From Octopus bimaculoides (Eukaryota): a DNA stretch of 42,862 nt. This document shows, in pieces, positions 34,786 to 42,862 of the stretch (positions are counted from its first letter, which is position 1; every line of letters begins with the position of its first letter). A model generated the notes under the pieces. It was not told the origin of the DNA. It was given only the letters and a program-made list of their open reading frames with translations, and did no database searches. Position numbers and translations under genes: made by a program. The DNA is taken from NCBI RefSeq assembly GCF_001194135.2, contig NC_068981.1:16644091-16686952 (forward strand). Direction: 5' to 3'.

Positions 34786-36075
34786 GGAGGTGTGCTCAAA
34801 AGTATACGATCTTTGGGGATAAAAGAACACTTTATTACATTTCACAAGTTTTATTTAATCACCTTGAAAGTACTCTACTTGAGAGTTCACATACTGCTCC
34901 CAGAAGTTCTGCCATTGCTGGTAACACCCTAGGAATACCTTCTCTAGAATGCTATGGAGCTCTGCTATCGCTTTTCTCATAATTTTCTCTATCGACTCAA
35001 ATCGCTTCCATTTTAGCGTGGTTTTCAATTTGAAGAAGAGCCAGAGTCAAGCAGTACTAAGTCAGGGGAGTAGAGAGCCTGTCGATGAAGTGGTGCGTTG
35101 TTCTTGACAGGAAACTTTGGATTCTGTGGGCTGAATGAGCGGGCGTATTGTCATAGTGAGGTTGCCAATTTTTCGCCGTCCGCACGTCCGGCTGATTTTG
35201 ACGCACCGTATCACGAAGGAGACGTATACATTTCTGATTGTATTCCTTATTGACTGTTTAGCTTTGTGGTGCGTACTCTTGATGCACAATACCACCGGAA
35301 TCATGCAACAGGTCAACGTTACCTCCACAATGTTTCGAACCTGTTGTACTTTGGGCCTTCGGAATAACGGATGCTTCCATTGCGTGGACTTGAAATTGGT
35401 TTCCGGGTCGTAACCTCAAACCTATCTCATCACCAGAGATGATGGTATTTTTGAAGTCTGGGTGAAGGTTTGCCTATCTCAGCATGTCCTCAGCGATTCC
35501 AATGCAGAGTTACTTCTGCTGCTTTACCAACAACCTGGGGATGAATTTTGCCGACACACTCAGCATGCACAACGCCTTCGTTAAAATGGAAGGCACTGAT
35601 CCTGTAATTATTCCCATTTCGCGAGTAATTTCCTAGATTGTTACACCAACCCTTCTGAATTGACTCTTTGTTTCGACTTATTGATGGTCTACCAGAGCGT
35701 GTCTCACTGTCCACTTAGGTGCAGCCATGTATGAAGCGGTTGTATCACTTCTTGATCTGAGCTTTGCCCGTGGCATCATCGCCAAGGGCCTGCTGAATCT
35801 ACCGGATGCGTTGAACTTCAGTTTCATCAAACTCCTGGCAAAACTTGATGCAATATCTCTGCTCCATAAGTTCGATGAAAACGAAAATTCGACGATCGTG
35901 CACTATACATCTATACTCTAGGCTTAACAGCCGGGAACTAACACGGCCTGTCGGTGCGAAAGGTTCCGCACATGCGCAGGAAAGGTGACATCATCTTCCA
36001 ACTGAAGGGCTTTACTCACACGACATTTGTCTTGGCGATAAAAATAAACTCGGATATTTTTTTTAATACGCCTTG
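34786..36075 (-). mobile_element. Decayed full-length mariner (DD34D) transposon, ~1.29 kb, TA TSD; transposase pseudogene 35867->34855
   Basis: MEQRYCIKFCQEF..., DSETRSGRPS, VSAKFIPRLL, ISGDE...YDPET...QW, YDNTPAHSA, and a C-terminus WQNFWEQYVNSQVEYFQGD*, with several stops and frameshifts. Degenerate TIRs ggaggtgtgctcaaaagtatacgatc / ggatattttttttaatacgccttg are each flanked by TA. Confidence 0.92.
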
Positions 36076-37004
36076 TAAGTTTGTTTTTTTTCTGTCGATA
36101 TATACGGTGTAATCTTTCGATATAATAACAGGGTTATTTTATATGTAATTTTACATTACAAAATATCAATAATATATTATATACGCACATATATACTAAT
36201 ATGTGTTTTGAAAATAGTATATTACCAAAGCAAACAAAATACTTCATTGCTATTATACGTTATTGAAATTGACTATAAATACTCTTTCTCATTATCCCAC
36301 AGCGAAACATGTCACTAATTATCCGATGTTATAGTTTCAGTAACTTAAATCAACTATTTATAGTTACGATATAATGATTTTAAGAATATCTTCCATAAAG
36401 AAGATTTTAACTATGATCATTTAATCCGTTGTTATCTTAAAATAATAAGAATAATTTCTTATTTAAACAAATCGTGTAGCACAGATTTCAACGAATACAC
36501 TAAATTTATAATGAGTTTGTATGCGGATCAACCATTGGGATTTAATCTCTACAGTAACTGCTTCTACCAAAATCCAGACTTGTATAGAAAGACGTGAGTA
36601 GAATTTCCTTTGAAGCTTCTTACATAGCTTATATAGCTATGTGAACACAAAAATTGCGTAAAACCACGAATATAAATCGCGGTGAATTGTTACTGTAGAA
36701 GTAAAATTTAATGCAATAGCTGAAGGCTTTTACGAGGCAGTTTCAGTAAGATAAGCAACACTCTAGGTTAATGTAGTTACAGGCGTTGGAATATAATATA
36801 ATATAATATCGCTGTGAGGGAGTATTCTGAAATAAAAATATAGATTATATGTATAGCATGTTTAAGTTTATAGCAACTTAATTTCTGTTAAAATGTTTTT
36901 GGTATCTTTTCAGGACGAGCAAAGAAATTAACTAGAAGTTTAGTTTTAAGCCTAGAAACATTTAATACGTAATACTTATAATAATTGTTTGGGATTTATA
37001 CAAA

Positions 37005-37195
37005 AGACAGCAATTTTGTTGATAGATACATTGATCCCAGGACAAGCACTTTACTTTATCGACCTCGAAGTGATGAAAAACAAATTTTGCCTTGGCAGGA
37101 TTTCAATTATGGATGTAAAGAGTCGGAGAGAAACTACCACTACATATTTTGCCCAATGAACACCATTGAATGCGGCCTCATCTGAAGATAACATT
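37005..37195 (-). mobile_element. Very degenerate SINE family A
   Basis: gatagatacattgatcccagg...tttactttatcgacctcgaagtgatgaaaaacaaattttgccttggcaggatttcaa follows the family-A motif order. Confidence 0.4.
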
Positions 37196-37754
37196 TTATG
37201 ATCACGATTTCTTAAAGTAGTAGGTTGGTGTAATTTAAATCCATACGAATATAAAGTAGTCGTGTATACTGAAATTGGTATCGTCTGTGATATATTATCT
37301 GACTTCTCTAAACAACTCTTCTTTTCTTTCAAATCAGTTTAACTCATAACTGTTCATGTTAGGCGAAACCGTAAAGCAATCATTTCTATAGAAAACTACT
37401 CGCCAGGCAGGAAACCATTTATGATCTTCTTCATAAAACTTACTTATTTAATCTTTTAGATACTTTTTTTTATACATATATTCACCATTTCCTCTATCGT
37501 TTATTTTATTTTTAAAATTCTTTCAATTTATTTTGTATTTATTTTATTTTGAATACTATGTTACTCTCTACTCTCTGTAATTTTATGTTTAACTCGTGTA
37601 TTCAATGTTGTCGTTTTTTACGTTTTCTTTTCTTTTCAAAAGAAATATTCTAGAAAATAGTTTAATCTAAGAACTTTGCTTTTCAGCTGCAACGTATTCT
37701 TTTCAGTCGTAGTATATAAGTTAGTTGACAGTCAAACAAAACAACTTCGATAAA

Positions 37755-37772
37755 AGGCTACTGCTGCTGCTG

Positions 37773-37814
<42 letters not shown>

Positions 37815-37845
37815 TTATTATTATTACTACAACTACTACTAGTAC
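37755..37845 (+). repeat. Compound (GCT)n-(ACT)n-(ATT)n microsatellite
   Basis: ctgctgctgctgctactactact...cttattattattactac. Confidence 0.9.
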
Positions 37846-38035
37846 CGTAATCGGAGACACTGTTGTAGCCACAACTACACATGTCTGCTGACTGAAGTAT
37901 TGCATATCACGAGATACTCCGAGTAGCAACATGGAGACTCGTCAGAATCAAATCTTGGTACAAGATCAGCACTTCCTGCGAGTAGGTAAGTCGATTATAT
38001 CGACTCCAGTGCTAGACTGGTACGTCTTTCCTTAT

Positions 38036-38608
38036 TTTTCTACTCTAAGCACAAGGGGGATGGGTCAGTCGATTAGATCGAACCTAGAATGCAAATGGTA
38101 CTTAATTTATCGACCTCGAAAGGATGGAATGCAAAGTCGACCTCGGCGGAATTTGAACTCAGAACGTAAAGACAGAAGAATTACCGCTAAATATTTCACC
38201 AGGTAGGCTAACTATTAAGTCATCTCGCAGCCTTGAAATATCTATATATTCTTTTCTACTCTTGGCACAAAGCCTGACATTTTGGAGGAGGCAGCCAGTC
38301 TATTAGATCGACCCCATAATGCAACTGGTACTTAAATTATCGACCCCGAGTGGATGAAAGAGAAAGTCGACCTCGACGGAATTTGAACTCAGAACGTAAC
38401 GGCAGACGAAATACCGCTAAGCATTTCGCCCGGCGCGCTAACGATTCTGCCAGCTCGCCGCCTTAGACTGCTACTTATTTCTATCGACCTCGAAAGGATG
38501 AAAGGTAAAGTTGACTTCGGCGGAATTTGAACTCAGAACGTGAAGCCAGGCGAAATGCCGCTAAGTATTTCACCAGGCAGGCTAACTATCAAGTCAGCTC
38601 GCCGCCTT
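38036..38608 (-). mobile_element. Three head-to-tail SINE family A copies (38036-38234, 38252-38464, 38470-38608)
   Basis: Each has gtcgacctcg/ttgacttcgg-cggaatttgaactcagaacgt...ccgctaa...gcctt. The middle copy is closest to consensus. Confidence 0.9.
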
Positions 38609-38692
38609 GAAATATCTATACATTACAACAATAGTTTATTCTTACCTACCTACCTTTTGCATAACGCTGAAAGAAATAACACAAATATAGAT

Positions 38693-38698
<6 letters not shown>

Positions 38699-38748
<50 letters not shown>
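38699..38748 (+). repeat. (GA)n microsatellite
   Basis: Pure GA run. Confidence 0.95.
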
Positions 38749-38751
<3 letters not shown>

Positions 38752-39237
38752 AATGAGAGTGAGAGATAGAGATAGAAATGCATGAAAGGGACAGAGGTGA
38801 AAGCGAAGTGAGTAGAAACTTAAAAATGAAAACAGAGGACACGAAAGACTATCGAGATCTGGCAAAGTCATTGTCGTCCCCGATTTTTTGGTTAGCTGAT
38901 TCACATTTTCTTATTTTAAACACACGACCCTCTGATCTCTCTCCCTCTCATTCTCTCTGCTTCTCTCTCTCTCACACACACGCTCTATCCTTTTTTTGTT
39001 TCTCTCTCTCTCTCTTTCTCATTTTGTTTCCTCGTCTCTCTCCCTCTCTCTCTATCTTACTCCTCTTCTGTCTCTACAATTGTTTGAATTGTTCTTGAAC
39101 TGAATTTTAGCATGTAAAATCATTTCGACTCCAAAACAGGAAGTGCATGTCAATATGTATCAAGCGTATGTGTCAAAGTGTCTGCGAGTATGCGTGTGTC
39201 TGTGTATGTCTGTAAATATAATATAAATAAATAAATA

Positions 39238-39296
<59 letters not shown>

Positions 39297-39702
39297 TAAA
39301 GGCTACGACAGAATAAGTAAATAACTTCAGACACAGTCGTATCTCGCAGTTATAAATGCTGTAAGGTAATGTTCGCTATTATATCAATAAAAGTAAATAA
39401 ATGAATTATTGTATTCATATATTTTTATTCATTTAGTATTTGCAGGTTACTGAATTGCGACCATTCGCGAGCATCGCTTTCAAGGACTCGGTGGAGCATA
39501 TAAAGTTTCGGACATATTTCATCCATGTGAATTTGTCGAACCAGTCAAACAAAACTGGTTTTAAAACTGTATAAAATAATAAACACACTTGTACCCGAAC
39601 GCCCACTCACACACATGGTCGCAATTCAGATCTCAAAGGATTATTGTATATGTATATATATTTATATATATTTACATATATTTACATGCATTTTTATTTA
39701 GA

Positions 39703-39704
39703 TC

Positions 39705-39751
<47 letters not shown>

Positions 39752-39760
39752 GGATAGATA
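39703..39760 (+). repeat. (GATA)n microsatellite
   Basis: gatagataga... run. Confidence 0.95.
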
Positions 39761-40278
39761 GCTATATATATATATGTATGTATGTATACATATATATNNN
39801 NNNNNNNNNNNNNNNNNNNNNNNNNNNNNNNNNNNNNNNNNNNNNNNNNNNNNNNNNNNNNNNNNNNNNNNNNNNNNNNNNNNNNNNNNNNNNNNNNNNN
39901 NNNNNNNNNNNNATATATATATATATATATATACTGGTTAGTTATAATATACTAAAATAGTAAAAACCGCTGTTACCAAAGCATGGCTGTAGTGCAATAA
40001 CTGAAATTTTTAGAGGAATAAACGAATTAAAGAATAATAGCATTATATATATATGTATGTATGTATTAGTCACCGCCGACATGGAGGGTATTAGAGGATG
40101 TAGACAAGAAAAGAATGACAGAGAAATGTACGGAGGGTGGAAGGATTAATGAAGATTGTGAAGGAAAATAGACGAGGCAGGGGTTTAAATTTAGTTACTA
40201 CGCTAATCAAATTAGATTAAGTTTCTATTTCCCTGACTCTTTCCTCCTCGGACTTGCCTCGCTGACTGTCCAGTTTAA

Positions 40279-40392
40279 TGACCAATCAGATTATTGAGCG
40301 GTCACTTTATTGACCGAGCGTGATTTAGCCAATCGTTTGTCTATTGCCCACATTTCCGGGCAATCATCGTTATTTCTTCTATTTAATCCAAT
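40279..40392. promoter_or_regulatory. Candidate CCAAT-box (NF-Y-type) cluster with short inverted repeats
   Basis: tgaCCAATcag (CCAAT 40282-86), tagCCAATcg (40329-33) and CCAAT (40388-92). Also cggtca-n6-tgaccg (40299-40316) and attgccc-n8-gggcaat. Confidence 0.25.
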
Positions 40393-40955
40393 GCTCTTAC
40401 AACCCCTTATCTTTCCATCCCTTACTAGACTCTCTCTAGGAATCTATTTCATCTAACCGTATTTCCCTTCGCTACTTCCTGTCAGTTATCTGCAGTACAT
40501 GGTTTTGTCTCTTCTCATCATCCATACACACAAGATAACTGAGACAACATTACATTTCAACTATTTCTATTTTCTTTCATTTTAGTTTTGACAGGGTTAT
40601 ATTCATATGCATTCTATCAAACTCCATCTCCTCTACCTGTCCTGGTCATTCAACCCCACCACATCTCTGTGTTACTCTCCTGTGTATACAGTACATTAGT
40701 TACACTTTAAACAGAATATAGAATTTGACATATTTATGCAGGGATATACCGCAGGAGATTATTGCAATTCCAGTATTCACATACGAATATATATTATTAT
40801 CATTGTGTTTCTGGAACACATCATAGCTTATTGATGGTTATATTCATAATCACTAAACAAATATATACATACATATATAGATGCACATAATTTCCCTTAA
40901 CATACATTCACTCTCAGAAATATATACACAATAAAGGCGTATACATATAAGTATG

Positions 40956-41000
<45 letters not shown>

Positions 41001-41123
41001 TGACACATATGTCACTTGTCTCTGTTTTTAATACATCCACGCAATACAAACTAATTTAATCTCTCTTTCCCTCTCGTACACTTACATAAATATATGTATA
41101 AATGTAAACGGCTCTCTCCTCCC

Positions 41124-41127
<4 letters not shown>

Positions 41128-41190
<63 letters not shown>
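41128..41190 (+). repeat. (CT)n microsatellite
   Basis: Near-pure CT run. Confidence 0.95.
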
Positions 41191-41639
41191 GTATATATGC
41201 AAGAACGTAAAAAATAGTACAAAGTGTATAGTAACAACTGTCCATAGGAACGTGACTCTACATGAGAAATGTTTGTACGGAGAAATCGTACATTAATTCA
41301 TGGTAAAACACGCGCCCTAATATTTATAAGCTTTCCTATGTTTCTGCGTTTCCTAATCACTTTACATTCCAAATATGACAATTCAATTGATTGCCAAAGT
41401 TTCACTCACAAACAACCTCGTTTGGCTTGTTTTTAAAAGCTCATTTAATCTTATTGAAACGACAACAATTCTTTCTCACTCAAACAATGTTTACAACGCA
41501 GATTTGAGAGAAAAAATTCATACAGAGAAGGAACAGCACGATTACGAATAGACAATGGAGAATTTTCTTTAAAAAATCTTCATACGCATGAAGACAGATG
41601 TATAAGCAATTTACTTTAAGCTTTCTTAAATATATGAGT

Positions 41640-42175
41640 ACAGGCGTGGATGTGGTTGTGTGGTAAGAAGCTTGTTTCTGAACCACATGGTCCCGAGTGC
41701 AGTCCCAGTGCGTAGCACTTTAAACAAGTGTCTTCTGCTAAGCTTTGGGCAGACCAAAGCCTTGTGAGTAGATTTGGTAGACGGAAACTGAAAGAAGCTC
41801 ATCGCATGTGGTAAGAAAATTGTTTCTCAACCACATGGTCTCGAGTGCAGTCCCAGTGCGTAGCATTTTAATCAATTGTCTTCTGCTAAGCTTTGAGCAA
41901 CCTTGTGAGTGGATCTGGTCGACGGAAACTGAAAGAAGCTCATCGCATAAATACAAGTGTGTTTGTCCGTGCGTGCGTGTGTGTTTGTTCCCTATCACCG
42001 CTTGATATGTTTACGTCCCTGTAACGTAGAGATTTGGCAAAATGAGACCGATAGAATAAGTGCCAGACTTCACAAAATAATTTTTAAATAAGTCCTGAGA
42101 TCGATAAATTCGTCCCCAAATCCTTGAAGGCGGTGCCCCAACATGGCCGTAGTCTAGTGACTGAAGCATGTGAAA
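41640..42175 (+). mobile_element. SINE family B with tandemly duplicated head/CORE unit
   Basis: Units 41659-41806 and 41807-41947 both run tgtggtaagaa...aaccacatggtc.cgagtgcagtcccagtgcgtagca...gacggaaactgaaagaagctcatcgca. A normal tail follows to gactgaagcatgtgaaa. Confidence 0.92.
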
Positions 42176-42368
42176 CAGTGGTTCCCAAAGTGGGCAGTAT
42201 TTCCCCTATGGGGGCGGTGGAAAGTGGAGCGAAAATGGGTAGCAATTCAAATAAAAAAAATAATGGGTACATTAGGTTAAGTTTGTGCTGGTTAGTTTGG
42301 GTGGGGGTGCTAGGAACGTGGCCTGGGTATCAAGAGGGCCGCAGCCCGAAAAAGTTTGGGATCCACTG
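42176..42368. mobile_element. hAT (Charlie-like) MITE inserted in the SINE tail
   Basis: TIRs cagtggttcccaaa / tttgggatccactg (13 of 14 match). The 8-bp flanks atgtgaaa / cagtaaaa match at 5 of 8, consistent with a decayed TSD. Confidence 0.85.
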
Positions 42369-42750
42369 CAGTAAAAGACAGAGCTAGAATTAAATTCTAG
42401 AGTAGTTCCCTATCAGGTCAAACTAAATCGAAGGGCAAGTGTTACTGTATGGTTCAGTTGGACATTAGCAGTATAGGCTAAAGTGTTCAAAGGAAAATTA
42501 CCAAGAAGACAGCTATAACTTTAGTGAGATTAAGGCAATTGTAAAAGAGGAAGAATTCGTATGATTGTTTTGGGGATTAAAAGCGTTGATAGAACCATCA
42601 AAATCTTTAAAACATTAGTAACTTATTTTCGGTGAACTCCTAACAACAAAAGTTTGGATGTCATTGATATATTGGAGTATAGGAAGGAATTAAATCTCAG
42701 AAGTATCGAGCAATTTTCCTGAGGTCAATTCGATACTGAACTGGATATGC

Positions 42751-42826
<76 letters not shown>

Positions 42827-42859
42827 GGTGGTGGTGGTGGTGGTGGTGGTGGTGGTGGT
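42751..42859 (+). repeat. Compound (TAG)n-(TGG)n microsatellite
   Basis: A TAG run switches to TGG at ~42817. Confidence 0.95.
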
Positions 42860-42862
42860 AGC

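Noticed and set aside
16825-38608. Recurring ~30-40-bp motifs (gagttcaaattccgccgaggtcgac etc.) as CRISPR-like repeats
   Set aside because: They are dispersed SINE internal motifs in both orientations with no regular spacers and no cas genes, in a eukaryotic context.

Overview
AT-rich, repeat-dense animal genomic DNA. The SINE families, microsatellite load and LINE content resemble an Octopus (coleoid cephalopod) draft scaffold; this is inferred from recalled repeat sequences, not from a database search. About 3.9 kb (~9%) is N, in ten gaps that almost all abut microsatellites, so most long ORFs in the supplied track are artefacts. I found no confidently intact host gene, rRNA, functional tRNA or CRISPR array. 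Well supported content: (i) five fragments of R4/Dong-clade LINEs, several nested in (TAA)n tracts; (ii) a decayed full-length Tc1 (19968-21170) and a decayed full-length mariner (34786-36075); (iii) a 547-bp fold-back made of two inverted mariner 3' ends (14018-14564); (iv) pogo/Tigger-type and hAT-type MITEs; (v) about 20 copies of three tRNA-derived SINE families, including dimers, tandem duplications and a 17-bp TSD; (vi) many simple and compound microsatellites. Weaker candidates are two unique-sequence islands with exon/promoter signals (3926-4470, 23295-23650), a pre-miRNA-like hairpin (9905-9973), a hammerhead-like core (11145-11172, minus) and a CCAAT cluster (~40280-40390). The closest thing to a 'system' is a set of retroelements (LINE, 45-bp LINE stub, tRNA-head micro-SINE, unknown non-coding element) that all sit in TAA repeats in the first 4 kb. 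I do not see a clearly novel protein-coding system.
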